Counted from the stretch's first letter, positions 17,695-28,026 are shown. The stretch: 64,000 nt of DNA from an uncultured Bdellovibrionales bacterium (GCA_964580285.1 CAZOKB010000003.1:31403-95402); one strand, 5' to 3'. A program made the numbers and translations. Notes: a model not told the origin generated them from the sequence alone.

Positions 17695-19455
17695 ATGAGC
17701 GAATTGGAACAGAAGAAAACCGTAATTATTCCAGAAACCATCAGTGTTAAGAAGCTGTCGGATATTCTTCATGTTCCCGTGGCTGCTGTCATCACCGAAC
17801 TCATGAAAAATGGCATCATCGCCACTATCAATGAAGAAATCGACTTCGACACGGCGAGCGTTATCGCTTCTGACCTGGGCTTTGAAACCAAACCCGAAGA
17901 AGAGGAACTCGGCGGAAAAATCACTCTCGAAAATCTCTCCGATATTTTAGCCACGGAACGCGTATCCGGTGAACCCTTGGCTGAGCGAGCCCCGATCGTC
18001 ACCATTCTCGGTCACGTTGACCACGGCAAAACCACCCTGTTGGATACGATTCGGAAAGCCAACGTTGCCGCTGGTGAAGCCGGTGGTATCACGCAGCGCA
18101 TTAGTGCCTACCAAGTCAAGAAACACGGTAAGATCATCACTTTTATTGACACACCGGGCCACGAAGCCTTTTCCGGTATGCGCAAACGTGGCATTTCGAT
18201 CGCCGATATCGCTATCCTTGTCGTCTCAGCTGAAGACGGTGTCCGCCCGCAAACCAAAGAAGTCATTGAATTCATCAAAGAAAAGAAGCTCCCGGTCATC
18301 GTTGCCATCAACAAGATTGATAAGCCGGAAGCCAAACCGGACCGCGTCAAACAGGAACTTGCCGAACACGGCATCCTCTTTGAAGACTGGGGTGGTGACG
18401 TTATCTGCAACTATGTCAGCGCCAAAAGCAATATCAATATCGATAAGCTGCTCGAAAGCATCCTCCTCGTGGCTGAAGTCGAAGATTTTCGAGCCGATCA
18501 GAAGCGCGATGGACTCGCCGTGGTACTCGAATCCAATCTTGATCCTCAAAAAGGACCAGTGGCTACCGTACTTGTGCGTACCGGTACGCTGAAAGTCGGC
18601 CAAGATATCATTGCGGGTGGCGCCTTTGGGCGTATCCGACGTATTGAAGATTTCCTCGGTCGCAGTCTCACTACGGCTGGCCCATCACTCCCTGCCACCA
18701 TTTTCGGCTTTAATACACCTCCTGCCGTGAACGATATTGTTCAGGTCGTCAGTGGCAAAGCCCTGGCACGTCTCAAGTCTCAGGAGCTCAGCGAGAAAAA
18801 CGCTTCACTTCGGAAAATCAAGGGTGATGAAGACGAGAGTATTAAAAAACTCCGTATCATCCTTAAAGCCGACGTTCAAGGATCGGTCGAGGCTTTGCAA
18901 CAAATTCTTACGGGGGTCGGTAATGAGGAAGTGATTTTGGAAGAAATTACCTCTGGAGTGGGAGCCATCACCGAATCTGATGTCAAACTCGCCGAAAGTG
19001 CTGGCGCCATGATATTCGGCTTCAATGTCGAACCAACCGCGGTGGCCAAACGCATGGCAGAAAATGCTCAAGTCGCTATCGAAACATTCAATATCATTTA
19101 TAAACTCGTCGAATCAGTCAAAGAACGGATGTCTGCCCTCCTTCCCCCAGAAATCGTCCGCACAGACTTCGGGCGACTTTCCGTACTCGCGGTGTTCAAG
19201 ACCGGCAAGCGAGATATGATCGTCGGCGGACGTGTCTCCGAAGGAAAAATGATCCGCGGTACCCTTATTGAGATCAAGCGCGGTGATGAGATTATCGGAA
19301 AAGGCGCTATGGGCAATCTGCAGCAGAACAAGCAGAATGCCGATGAAGTCAATCAAGGCAATGAATGCGGCGTCGTCTTCGATGGACACACCAAGATCCA
19401 GGTTGGTGACACGCTTATCTGCTACAAGGAAGAAGAAAAGAGACGGTCCTTGTAA
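17695..19455 (+). CDS. infB: translation initiation factor IF-2
   Basis: [33 protein letters not shown]. Confidence 0.98.
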   Translation: MSELEQKKTVIIPETISVKKLSDILHVPVAAVITELMKNGIIATINEEIDFDTASVIASDLGFETKPEEEELGGKITLENLSDILATERVSGEPLAERAPIVTILGHVDHGKTTLLDTIRKANVAAGEAGGITQRISAYQVKKHGKIITFIDTPGHEAFSGMRKRGISIADIAILVVSAEDGVRPQTKEVIEFIKEKKLPVIVAINKIDKPEAKPDRVKQELAEHGILFEDWGGDVICNYVSAKSNINIDKLLESILLVAEVEDFRADQKRDGLAVVLESNLDPQKGPVATVLVRTGTLKVGQDIIAGGAFGRIRRIEDFLGRSLTTAGPSLPATIFGFNTPPAVNDIVQVVSGKALARLKSQELSEKNASLRKIKGDEDESIKKLRIILKADVQGSVEALQQILTGVGNEEVILEEITSGVGAITESDVKLAESAGAMIFGFNVEPTAVAKRMAENAQVAIETFNIIYKLVESVKERMSALLPPEIVRTDFGRLSVLAVFKTGKRDMIVGGRVSEGKMIRGTLIEIKRGDEIIGKGAMGNLQQNKQNADEVNQGNECGVVFDGHTKIQVGDTLICYKEEEKRRSL

Positions 19456-19511
19456 GGTATTCTTCCGATTTTTTCCTTGTCTTTGTTCAACGCGCGCTGT
19501 TGTACTAAGAT

Positions 19512-19586
19512 GATTTTAGGTTCTCGATTTTAGAATAAATACCGGCTATCCTCATTCTTGTATTCGAAAATCAAACATCTAAAATC
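19512..19586. repeat. inverted repeat of ~7-nt units upstream of cca
   Basis: GATTTTAG..GATTTTAGAATA / TATTCGAAAATC..CTAAAATC. Confidence 0.65.
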
Positions 19587-19599
19587 TTTATTCAGTCTC

Positions 19600-21201
19600 A
19601 TGGAATATACTCTTCCTCTCCCAGTTTTAGAAACGCTCAAGAGTCTCGAGAAGGCTGGTTTTGAAGCGTATATCGTTGGCGGTTGCGTGCGCGATATCCT
19701 TCTTGGTCGCGAACCGAAGGATTGGGATATCACCACGAATGCCTTGCCTGAACAGATTCAATCTCTCTTCCCCGATCATGTCTACGAGAACACATTTGGT
19801 ACGGTCGGCGTAAAAGTGACTCGCTTCAGCACGTCATCCCGAGCAATAGCCGAGGGATCTCCTGCTAATACCACCGAACCGAAGAAAGAAGAAAAGGAAA
19901 TTATTGAAGTCACCACCTACCGTACCGAAACCGGCTACAGCGATCGACGTCGGCCAGATCAGGTGACCTTTGTTTCTTCTTTGCAAGAAGACTTGGCACG
20001 TCGTGATTTCACAATCAATGCCATGGCAGCCACAATCAGCGAACAATTCTCAGCGAACAATAAACAAGAAGCAATAAACAAGGAGGTCGGTTCGATGTTC
20101 ACTGTTCGCTGTTCGCTGTTAATTGAAGATCCCTTCGATGGACAATCCGATGTACAAAAAAAAGTCATTCGAGCCGTTGGCGACCCGGGAGCGCGTTTTG
20201 ATGAAGATGCTCTGCGTATGATGCGTGCAATCCGCTTTGCCAGCGAACTCCGTACACCTGAAGAGAAAAAAGAAACGCATAATTGGCATATTGATAACAA
20301 AACGCTTACAGCCATCACAGAACGTGCCTCGCATCTCAAGGAGATTTCTCTCGAACGTATTCGGGATGAGTTTTCGCGTATCATTCTTTCCAAGAATCCC
20401 TCTTTTGGCGTAGCGCTTCTCGAAGAAACTGGTCTCTTGAAATATATCGCGCCTGAACTCCGTGAAGGCATTAACGTTGGGCAGAATCTCCACCATATCT
20501 ATACTGTCTGGGAGCATAATCTTCGCGCCCTAGAAACCTGCCCTTCAAAAAAACTCCACGTGCGTCTCGCTGCCCTCTTGCATGATGTTGCCAAGCCGCG
20601 CACCAAAAAAGGCGATGGGTACCGTTCCACCTTCTACAACCATGACCACGTTGGAGCTCGCATGACTCAAGCCATTCTGGCTCGACTCCGGTATCCTCGC
20701 GAAATCATCGATAAGGCCACGCTTTTGGTTGACAATCATCTGTTTTACTATAATGTAGGAGAGGTGACTGAGGCTTCTATCCGGCGACTCGTTAAAAAAG
20801 TCGGGCTTGAAAACATGCACGATCTCATGGATGTGCGTATTGGTGATCGACTTGGCTCAGGAGTACCCAAAGCCAAACCCTACAAGCTCCGCCATCTTGA
20901 GTACATGATCGATAAAGTCTCCAACGACCCGCTCTCGGTCAAAATGCTCAAATTGAACGGGCAGGATCTCATGCAGGAGCTTAGCCTGGCCCCCGGTCCA
21001 AAAATTGGAGCCATTCTTGATGTCCTCCTCGCAGAAGCCATTGAAGATCCTTCTATTAATACCCGTGAAACTCTTTTGGACCGAGCGCGGACACTAGGCG
21101 GACACGATCTCGAACATCTTCGTGCACTTGCCAAAGAACGTATCGAGGAAAAACGCCAAGAAGAAGATGCGGAGATTAAAAAAAGGCACTGGGTAGAATA
21201 A
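19600..21201 (+). CDS. cca: CCA tRNA nucleotidyltransferase (class II, HD domain)
   Basis: VGGCVRD, DWDITT, EVTTYR, DLARRDFTINAMA, RFDEDALR, LLHDVAK; adjacent tRNAs. Confidence 0.92.
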   Translation: MEYTLPLPVLETLKSLEKAGFEAYIVGGCVRDILLGREPKDWDITTNALPEQIQSLFPDHVYENTFGTVGVKVTRFSTSSRAIAEGSPANTTEPKKEEKEIIEVTTYRTETGYSDRRRPDQVTFVSSLQEDLARRDFTINAMAATISEQFSANNKQEAINKEVGSMFTVRCSLLIEDPFDGQSDVQKKVIRAVGDPGARFDEDALRMMRAIRFASELRTPEEKKETHNWHIDNKTLTAITERASHLKEISLERIRDEFSRIILSKNPSFGVALLEETGLLKYIAPELREGINVGQNLHHIYTVWEHNLRALETCPSKKLHVRLAALLHDVAKPRTKKGDGYRSTFYNHDHVGARMTQAILARLRYPREIIDKATLLVDNHLFYYNVGEVTEASIRRLVKKVGLENMHDLMDVRIGDRLGSGVPKAKPYKLRHLEYMIDKVSNDPLSVKMLKLNGQDLMQELSLAPGPKIGAILDVLLAEAIEDPSINTRETLLDRARTLGGHDLEHLRALAKERIEEKRQEEDAEIKKRHWVE

Positions 21202-21212
21202 CAGGAGAAGAT

Positions 21213-21283
21213 CGGAGTGTTGTATAGTGGTATTACGCACGCTTCGGGTGCGTGTGACCCGGGTTCGATTCCCGGCACTCCGA
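21213..21283 (+). tRNA. tRNA-Pro(CGG)
   Basis: acceptor CGGAGTG/CACTCCG, anticodon arm CACGC-TTCGGGT-GCGTG, GGTTCGATTCC; CCA not encoded. Confidence 0.95.
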
Positions 21284-21292
21284 CAAAGGATT

Positions 21293-21604
21293 ATGAAAAT
21301 TCTCATTGAACAACCCAGTGAAAACGCCGTATCCCTCATGCGCCGAGCTGGCTATGCTTTCCAGCGGGCTGAAGATCAAGAACAGAGTTTTATCCGTCCT
21401 CTCGCCCGATCTGGTTACCCGCGCTTTCACGCTTATGTGAAGACAGAGAATGGAAGCCTCCTTGTTAATTTCCATTTGGATCAAAAACGAGAGACCTACG
21501 GCAATGATACCCGTCACCACGGTGAATATACTGATGATGGCCCCCTCAAAGAAGAAGCTCTTCACCTCCTCCGTATGTTTGGCCCAAGCGCACGTATTTT
21601 GTAA
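21293..21604 (+). CDS. hypothetical protein
   Basis: AGGA RBS plus ATG; GYPRFHAY...HLDQK motif between two tRNAs. Confidence 0.7.
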   Translation: MKILIEQPSENAVSLMRRAGYAFQRAEDQEQSFIRPLARSGYPRFHAYVKTENGSLLVNFHLDQKRETYGNDTRHHGEYTDDGPLKEEALHLLRMFGPSARIL

Positions 21605-21622
21605 AAAAGTCAATCTCAAAAA

Positions 21623-21708
21623 GCCGAGGTGGTGGAATGGTAGACACACTAGCTTTAGGCGCTAGCGGGAGCAATCCCATGGAGGTTCAAGTCCTCTCCT
21701 CGGCACCA
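21623..21708 (+). tRNA. tRNA-Leu(TAG)
   Basis: GCCGAGG/CCTCGGC, CTAGC-TTTAGGC-GCTAG, long variable arm, GGTTCAAGTCC, encoded CCA. Confidence 0.96.
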
Positions 21709-21729
21709 ATTAACAGCACGGTGATTCTT

Positions 21730-21838
21730 GAGAGTTCGAGTCCCTGCCTACCGGCAGGCAGGTCTCCTGCAGCACATCATAAGGTTTCCGCCCAAGGCGG
21801 ATCCGCCTTGGGCGGATAAGTCCTCTCTCCTCGGCACA
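21730..21838 (+). repeat. two degenerate tRNA 3'-end copies, each interrupted by a palindrome
   Basis: GAGAGTTCGAGTC[CCTGCCTACCGGCAGGCAGG]TCTCC..GCAC and AGGTT[TCCGCCCAAGGCGGATCCGCCTTGGGCGGA]TAAGTCCTCTCTCCTCGGCAC. Confidence 0.65.
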
Positions 21839-21840
21839 CA

Positions 21841-21869
21841 AAAAAAGACCCTTCTCAGGGGGTCTTTTT
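21841..21869. terminator. bidirectional terminator
   Basis: AAAAAAGACCC..GGGTCTTTTT between convergent units. Confidence 0.75.
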
Positions 21870-21881
21870 AGATATCACACC

Positions 21882-24593
21882 CTAGGTTTCTTTTCGGAAT
21901 GAATGGCTAGGAACCAACGCGCCAATAAAACCGACTGCAAAAAGCAGGAGCGCCCCCGTCAGCAGCATACGGAACGTGAAGAGGACGGTTTCTGGAACAT
22001 AGTTTGAAATGAGGGCGTAGTATTTTTTCAATCCCTTTTCATTCCCCTGAGCCAAAATCGGTTCCTGAATCTCAATTTGTGACTGACCACCAAAACGAAT
22101 CTCGGTCGAATCCAGCGGTGAAATCTGCCAGATATCATACAACGCTCGCCTTACTTGGTCTGATTGCACCAAAAGAGCCCTCAAGGAAACATCGTAGATT
22201 CCCCCGGTGAGTTTTTCCATTGGGAATGAAATCTGACTTGGGGTCGTTTCTGCTACCACTGTTCCATCCACCGTCCATTCTCTAGTGATCCCAGGATACG
22301 ATCCGAGAAAACTCGGAATGTATTCCGCCTTCAGCGCTGCCGTCCCTCCCGAAAAGGCCTGGAGGGCCGTATCAGAATAATCTGGACAGAGACCCGAAGG
22401 ACAGGCCGTGCTAGCAGTACCCAAAACGTCTTTATAGTATCCGAGTAATTTTTTCCATACCGTACTCGTATCAGTCGAAACGATATTGACGAGCGGTTCG
22501 ACAATATGGAACGTGCGCGTGAGCGTTATAGTCTTCCCGGTGGTGATATCATTGGCAGTAAGCGTCACTTGGTACGTATCCCCCACGGCACCTGTAATCG
22601 GGAAGAAGGCTACATGATTTTGCGATCCATCAGTACATTCTGGAGACATTTTATCATTGGTACACACCAACGGATTACCATTCACCGTCCATGCAAAGTC
22701 CTTCAGTCCAGATGGATCAATACGCACGCCAATAATCTCATTCTTAATCACTCGGCAAGCTGTCCGCTCCAATGCTGAAGCATTACAAATAACCTGATCC
22801 AACTTTACTTTCGTCCTGGAGCCCGCCACAACCGGTGTTACTGCATAGGCCGAAATCCTTTTCCCTGTTGAGGTAAACTTCATCACCACATCGCTCTGTC
22901 CGCGCCGCACCCCTCCTCCTTCAAAACTCTCCGTAGCCTTAGCCTTAAAGCGCAGGTACCCAATGCCGCCAGAGATACTTCCCAGCACTGATTTCGGAAT
23001 ATCCATTTTAACAGTAAGCATGTTCAACCCATTGCCTTTGGTATTTTTCACAAGACCATTCGCAAGCAGATCGCTCGTGATGTCGGTCGGGCTGGCGAAG
23101 CGCGGAGTTGAATCTAACTCCACCGTCCAATCATACAGGATGCCTCCCTGCTCCTGAGCGGCATTATCAATCGAAGCCTGGGCAATCACCGTATCTCCAT
23201 TCGCGTCACTCGTTTCATCGTTCACCGGATTCTCTGGTGACGCACTCACCTGTACTGAAAGATTTGTGGCTTGCCCTCCTTCGGTTGGATCCACCAAATT
23301 TTTATCAATACAATCATTCGGATCTAATTTCGTTGTCGGAAAAGTCACACTATATCCCTTCACATTTTGTACATACGATCCCGTAGCAGCACCGACTAAT
23401 CCTGGATAGCACTTATTCTTCGGAAAAGCCCACATTGTCGCGTATGAAGCATCAGCATGCTTGGTGGGAATCATGGATGTTCCTTCTACCGCTACACCCA
23501 CCTGGTCACCAGAAAGGTAATTCCAAGTGAAGAGAGAGAGTCCAAGACCAGCGACATTCGCCTCATCTTTTTTGCTGTTATTTGCCGTACTTGGATCTTT
23601 TGGATCTGTTTTCCAGAATCTCTCTTCGCTCGCTCCAAACGAACCATCTCCCGTTGATCCGGATGATGGCTCTGCAAAAGCGTGTTTGCACAGATTCCTT
23701 ACTGAACTACCCGAGGTAGCTGTTACGGAGCTACACGAAGATAGGGTTGTCGTACAAGTCGTCGCGGATGATGGATCAGACACGCAACATGCCGTACCAC
23801 TCGAGCACGATACCGTCGAGCCACTACATGAAGGAGTCCCTGTTACCGAACACCCTCCCGAAGAACAGCTCGGGGTAGACTCACTAAATGTCGTAAAAGA
23901 ACCGTCTCCGTTTGAAAACGTACTCGATGAAGCACTGATAGTTGTATCTCCCTCCATGCATACTGGAGATGTCCCTGCTGGACAGCCAAACGAGAGAGAA
24001 GAACCGACATCCGCTAGCTCATAGAGCGTCCCAGATGCTGGCTCATACGCATAACAATAATCTGTCTTATCAACCTTATCATCGCCACCGTAGCGTGCTT
24101 GATAGCCATCACCATCGCTATCAGAAGAGTAGCTCGCGGTTGAATTATCGTATCCGTTCTGGACGAGAATCCGAGCCGCCTCGATCTTCCAGTCTTCAGA
24201 GTTGTATCGACCGTCACCATTGTAATCGCACGAACTTGCGCTACAATCCTTACGCTTCAAATACCAACTAAAATACAAAGCCTCTTCAGGATTACTAAAA
24301 TAGATCGGGAAAGCATGCGCCGTAATCTTCTCTCCTTCTTTTGGATCAGAGGGTGAGAAATACAGTGAGACTTCGGGGGTAGTTTTTTTATTGTCGCTTA
24401 CATTGAAACTCTGACCAAAATTTCGAATGCTTCCCAGGTTAAGATTGTATCTCTTCTCAAGCTTACTCGCTACGCTTGAAACTGATGGGATACTTGCTGC
24501 TTGGGCTTGTGGCATATTTGCAAGCAAAAGAGCCATTAAGGACAAACAAGACATGACGCGCATACTTGCCTTCTGACAATATTTTATGTTCAT
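21882..24593 (-). CDS. large secreted, C-terminally anchored surface protein with Cys/Ser-rich segment
   Basis: signal peptide (AQA), beta-rich Ig/PKD-like stretches, C-terminal TM; 903 aa. Confidence 0.75.
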   Translation of the reverse strand: MNIKYCQKASMRVMSCLSLMALLLANMPQAQAASIPSVSSVASKLEKRYNLNLGSIRNFGQSFNVSDNKKTTPEVSLYFSPSDPKEGEKITAHAFPIYFSNPEEALYFSWYLKRKDCSASSCDYNGDGRYNSEDWKIEAARILVQNGYDNSTASYSSDSDGDGYQARYGGDDKVDKTDYCYAYEPASGTLYELADVGSSLSFGCPAGTSPVCMEGDTTISASSSTFSNGDGSFTTFSESTPSCSSGGCSVTGTPSCSGSTVSCSSGTACCVSDPSSATTCTTTLSSCSSVTATSGSSVRNLCKHAFAEPSSGSTGDGSFGASEERFWKTDPKDPSTANNSKKDEANVAGLGLSLFTWNYLSGDQVGVAVEGTSMIPTKHADASYATMWAFPKNKCYPGLVGAATGSYVQNVKGYSVTFPTTKLDPNDCIDKNLVDPTEGGQATNLSVQVSASPENPVNDETSDANGDTVIAQASIDNAAQEQGGILYDWTVELDSTPRFASPTDITSDLLANGLVKNTKGNGLNMLTVKMDIPKSVLGSISGGIGYLRFKAKATESFEGGGVRRGQSDVVMKFTSTGKRISAYAVTPVVAGSRTKVKLDQVICNASALERTACRVIKNEIIGVRIDPSGLKDFAWTVNGNPLVCTNDKMSPECTDGSQNHVAFFPITGAVGDTYQVTLTANDITTGKTITLTRTFHIVEPLVNIVSTDTSTVWKKLLGYYKDVLGTASTACPSGLCPDYSDTALQAFSGGTAALKAEYIPSFLGSYPGITREWTVDGTVVAETTPSQISFPMEKLTGGIYDVSLRALLVQSDQVRRALYDIWQISPLDSTEIRFGGQSQIEIQEPILAQGNEKGLKKYYALISNYVPETVLFTFRMLLTGALLLFAVGFIGALVPSHSFRKET

Positions 24594-24604
24594 AATACAA
24601 CTCT

Positions 24605-25264
24605 TTAGCGAAGCACAAGAAACACAATATCAATCAACAAAAAGGTCGCCCAGGTCACTACCCATGAGGCATACACCGATCCAGAAAAATACGCCACCGC
24701 CCCCGAAAAAAGACTCGCGTAGAGAAAAACAGCATACTGCCAAGAAATACCACTTGAAAGAGCCACAAACCCAGAAAAAAGAAGTGCTTGAGCGATGATA
24801 GACCACGCTCCGATCGGCGCGAGCCACAGCCGCATCACGAGACCTCGGAAAAAAACTTCATAGAGGAGAGCAAGCCCACCCACTACCAGGATTTCGTATC
24901 CGATAAACCACATGAAGCTGCGCTCTGCAAAAGCAGGTAAACGGTATGCTTCCCTGAAGCCCGGATCAGAAGCGATAAATATCATGAAGACGCCTTCGAG
25001 ACCGAGAGCGAGCAATCCCCAAAAGAACGCTGGGAACCATTTCGCTCCGTGAAGACCGAGAGCAGTGAGAGGTTCCTTGAGTATTATTTTACAATACATT
25101 ATCGGGAGTACCAAGAAAAAGACGATACCAGTGATCACTCCCTTGAAACTAAAATCAGATGAGGCGTCTTCGGATATATTTCCAAAGAGAACCAGTACGA
25201 CGACAATCAATGTCGCTGTCATAACATTCCGCCTTCCTTGAAATATCGACAAGATACCACGCAT
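24605..25264 (-). CDS. CPBP (CAAX protease-like) membrane protein, degenerate motif
   Basis: multi-TM, YEVFFRG; canonical EE and His residues incomplete. Confidence 0.65.
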   Translation of the reverse strand: MRGILSIFQGRRNVMTATLIVVVLVLFGNISEDASSDFSFKGVITGIVFFLVLPIMYCKIILKEPLTALGLHGAKWFPAFFWGLLALGLEGVFMIFIASDPGFREAYRLPAFAERSFMWFIGYEILVVGGLALLYEVFFRGLVMRLWLAPIGAWSIIAQALLFSGFVALSSGISWQYAVFLYASLFSGAVAYFSGSVYASWVVTWATFLLIDIVFLVLR

Positions 25265-25278
25265 ATCTTAAATACAAT

Positions 25279-25983
25279 TTATACAATTTTTCTGAAAGCC
25301 CTACCCATGTGATCATCTTCCAAATCATGTACCATTTTTGAAACGGTCATATTTTTATTTTCATGCTCTCGTAACAGCCGCAATCGCGCTTGCCGACGGT
25401 TCTCCTCGTTCCGTAAATGCTGGCCTTCTCCCCGCTCCTCCATTATCCGAATGTGCGCCTCTCGCTCTATCTCCTTCTCTTCTTCAGTTTGTCTCCTCAT
25501 AAACATGGCGGACATCGGACCAAAATCTTTCAGCTCTTTCATTTTGCTCTGTATCATTTGTTCTTTTTTCTGAGCTTTTTTCCATGCGCTATAAGCAAGT
25601 TTGTACAAAATGAATATTGTCAGAGTCTCAAGGGGAAGAAAGTTCAGCCCAAAGGCTATCCCCTCAAGCAATGAAACAAAAAGCAAAATGCCGTAAACTT
25701 GAGTCCTGTGCTGTTTAGCATCTTGATTCAGAAACAAGAGAATAGCTATAATGGTTGAGCACATGAAGGTAATAATGAAACTTATCCCTGGCAGTGCTCC
25801 TCCAACAAAATCAAATATGTCTTTAAAAAGAGCAGTACATCCCATTCCAATGTACGATAATTTGGAAGGCTTTTCTCCGGAAAAACCCTTTCTGGCCTTT
25901 GTCAGCCGACGCATAGCATCTTTATCCCTGCGAAGCGCATTTAGGACTGCGTTCACATTTCCCGTTGGACTCACTGATGGCAT
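25279..25983 (-). CDS. hypothetical membrane protein with charged C-terminus
   Basis: three to four hydrophobic helices then a coiled-coil-like tail. Confidence 0.65.
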   Translation of the reverse strand: MPSVSPTGNVNAVLNALRRDKDAMRRLTKARKGFSGEKPSKLSYIGMGCTALFKDIFDFVGGALPGISFIITFMCSTIIAILLFLNQDAKQHRTQVYGILLFVSLLEGIAFGLNFLPLETLTIFILYKLAYSAWKKAQKKEQMIQSKMKELKDFGPMSAMFMRRQTEEEKEIEREAHIRIMEERGEGQHLRNEENRRQARLRLLREHENKNMTVSKMVHDLEDDHMGRAFRKIV

Positions 25984-26037
25984 AAATCTTGGTCTTTAGG
26001 TTCCTCTATTTCATCCTTCTCGCTTAGCTAGAATCTC

Positions 26038-27897
26038 TTACATCCCCGCATCGAAATCCTTCTTCGCCTGTTCGATCTCCAGTAATTGCCGCGGATCCGA
26101 CGTGATAATCTGATCTTCACTGTACGAAGCAATCACTTTGATCGCTGCGTGCTTCGTCCCCGCAAAGAAAATACCTTCTCCCACATTCGATTCCAAGAGC
26201 AGAAACTTCTCATGATCGGTCAGGTAAAATGTCTCAGCTACCGTCTCGATCGATGCTGGCGACTGACGGAGCAAAAGCTGGAGCGACGAGTTCGTCACGA
26301 TCGGCTTGCCATAGCGCGACGCCATGAAGTCACTAATATCCTGCGTGATCGTGGTGAGACCGGTATAGTATTTGCGGCAGCGCTTCGCCACGCCAAAGAG
26401 GAAGGCAGCGGCATCTTCGTGCTGCATCATCACCCACGCTTCATCCACCACAATCACCCGCTTCTTGAGCTCGGTGCGGATCTCATTCCACATGAACTGG
26501 AGAATGATATACATGGCAATCGGCCGGAGTTCTTCTTCCAGATCGCGAATATTGAACACTACCAACTGATTGTTCAGAGAAACATTGGATTGCTTATTCA
26601 GGAACCCGCCGAAAATACCCTCGGTGTAGCGTTCCAACCGAGTCGCGAGCGATTCGGCACCATCCATATTCTGCAGTACGGCATAGAGATCCGACATAGT
26701 CGGGTAGGACTGAGCGGTGAGCTGAGAAAAATCAGATTTCTCCGTAATATCCCGAATGGCGTAGGTTTCACGAATAGCACGATCAAGCACAGCGTCTTCT
26801 TCCGGCGTGACCGCCCCGAGCATAAGGTGAAGCAAACCAATGAGGCTGGCGATATTGCTCCGCAACACACCTTCCGGATCATCCTCATCGTTCTTACGCG
26901 GCAAATCAAACGGGTTGAGGTGTACGGGCGAATTGAGAGCAATCTTCATAAAGCTCCCGCCCACAGTTTCACAGAGGTGCTTGTATTCATTTTCCGGATC
27001 AAGAATAATCACGCTCGCGCCGAACATCATCGAACGCAGCACTTCAAGCTTCACGGTGTAGCTTTTACCAGCACCCGACTTGGCGAAAACGACCATGTTC
27101 GCGTTTTCCAATTTGAAGCGATCAAAAAGAATGAGGGAATTATTATGCCGGTTAATACCATAGAGAATGCCATCCCCAGAAGACAAGTCTGAGGAAACGA
27201 ACGGGAAGGTTGTTGAAAGCGGCTCGGTATTCAAGTTATTAGCCACATCCAGCGTATCGGTCCCAATCGGCCGCGTGGATGCAAAGCCTTGGTCCATACG
27301 GAGTACGGCTGGTTTCACATACACCAGCTGCGCCTCGAGTAGCGATTCAATCGCACTCGACTTCTCCGAAAGATCTTTTTCATCTTTGCCATAGACGGTG
27401 ATATAGAGACCAAAACGGAAAAACTTTTCTGTCCCCTGTTGGAGCTTGTCACGGAGCGCCTCAATATCTTGATAGGCAGTTTCGAGAATCGGGTCACGCA
27501 CCTTACCGCCCTCCGCTTCGATCGACAACTGCGACTGCACCTGCGTAGAAGATTTCCGGAGTTGTTTCAAAATATCCACGGTGTCGATAGGGTGCACGAA
27601 TAAGGAAATGTCCATCGAAAAGTCGATGTTGATAATCGGTGAGAACCAATTCGTGGAGAGGTAGCGCGGGTACGCGATAACAAAATACGTACGCGCAAAA
27701 ATATCTCCTACCTGCATCATCGTCGGGGTAAGCTTCACTGCTGGCGGCGAAATAAGATCACGCACGGTGGCAATGCCTTTCTGGTAGAGCGCCTCCGTGT
27801 CTTGAGCCGTCATTGACCCCAGCGAGAAAGCGTCTTTTGTAACGCTCGTGAGTGCGATCGGTACCGCTTCTTCTTTTTTCTTTCCAAAAAATCCCAT
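26038..27897 (-). CDS. VirB4/TraC-like secretion ATPase
   Basis: Walker A AKSGAGKS, ILDPENEY, LNPFD, VVDEAW, KR.RKY, ITQD. Confidence 0.93.
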   Translation of the reverse strand: MGFFGKKKEEAVPIALTSVTKDAFSLGSMTAQDTEALYQKGIATVRDLISPPAVKLTPTMMQVGDIFARTYFVIAYPRYLSTNWFSPIINIDFSMDISLFVHPIDTVDILKQLRKSSTQVQSQLSIEAEGGKVRDPILETAYQDIEALRDKLQQGTEKFFRFGLYITVYGKDEKDLSEKSSAIESLLEAQLVYVKPAVLRMDQGFASTRPIGTDTLDVANNLNTEPLSTTFPFVSSDLSSGDGILYGINRHNNSLILFDRFKLENANMVVFAKSGAGKSYTVKLEVLRSMMFGASVIILDPENEYKHLCETVGGSFMKIALNSPVHLNPFDLPRKNDEDDPEGVLRSNIASLIGLLHLMLGAVTPEEDAVLDRAIRETYAIRDITEKSDFSQLTAQSYPTMSDLYAVLQNMDGAESLATRLERYTEGIFGGFLNKQSNVSLNNQLVVFNIRDLEEELRPIAMYIILQFMWNEIRTELKKRVIVVDEAWVMMQHEDAAAFLFGVAKRCRKYYTGLTTITQDISDFMASRYGKPIVTNSSLQLLLRQSPASIETVAETFYLTDHEKFLLLESNVGEGIFFAGTKHAAIKVIASYSEDQIITSDPRQLLEIEQAKKDFDAGM

Positions 27898-27921
27898 GAT
27901 ATTTATCTTATAAAGGCTTTA

Positions 27922-28008
27922 TTTCTGTCATTGCGAGGAGTCTTCGACGAAGCAATCTAGAAAAATACTCGGGTACCGGATTGCTTCGCAGAGCCTCGCA
28001 ATGACAAA
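27922..28008. repeat. palindromic REP/RPE-like element
   Basis: TTTCTGTCATTGCGAGGAGTCTTCGACGAAGCAATC...GATTGCTTCGCAGAGCCTCGCAATGACA; matches the 8468-8565 element. Confidence 0.85.
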
Positions 28009-28026
28009 ACTGGAACTAACAGCCCA

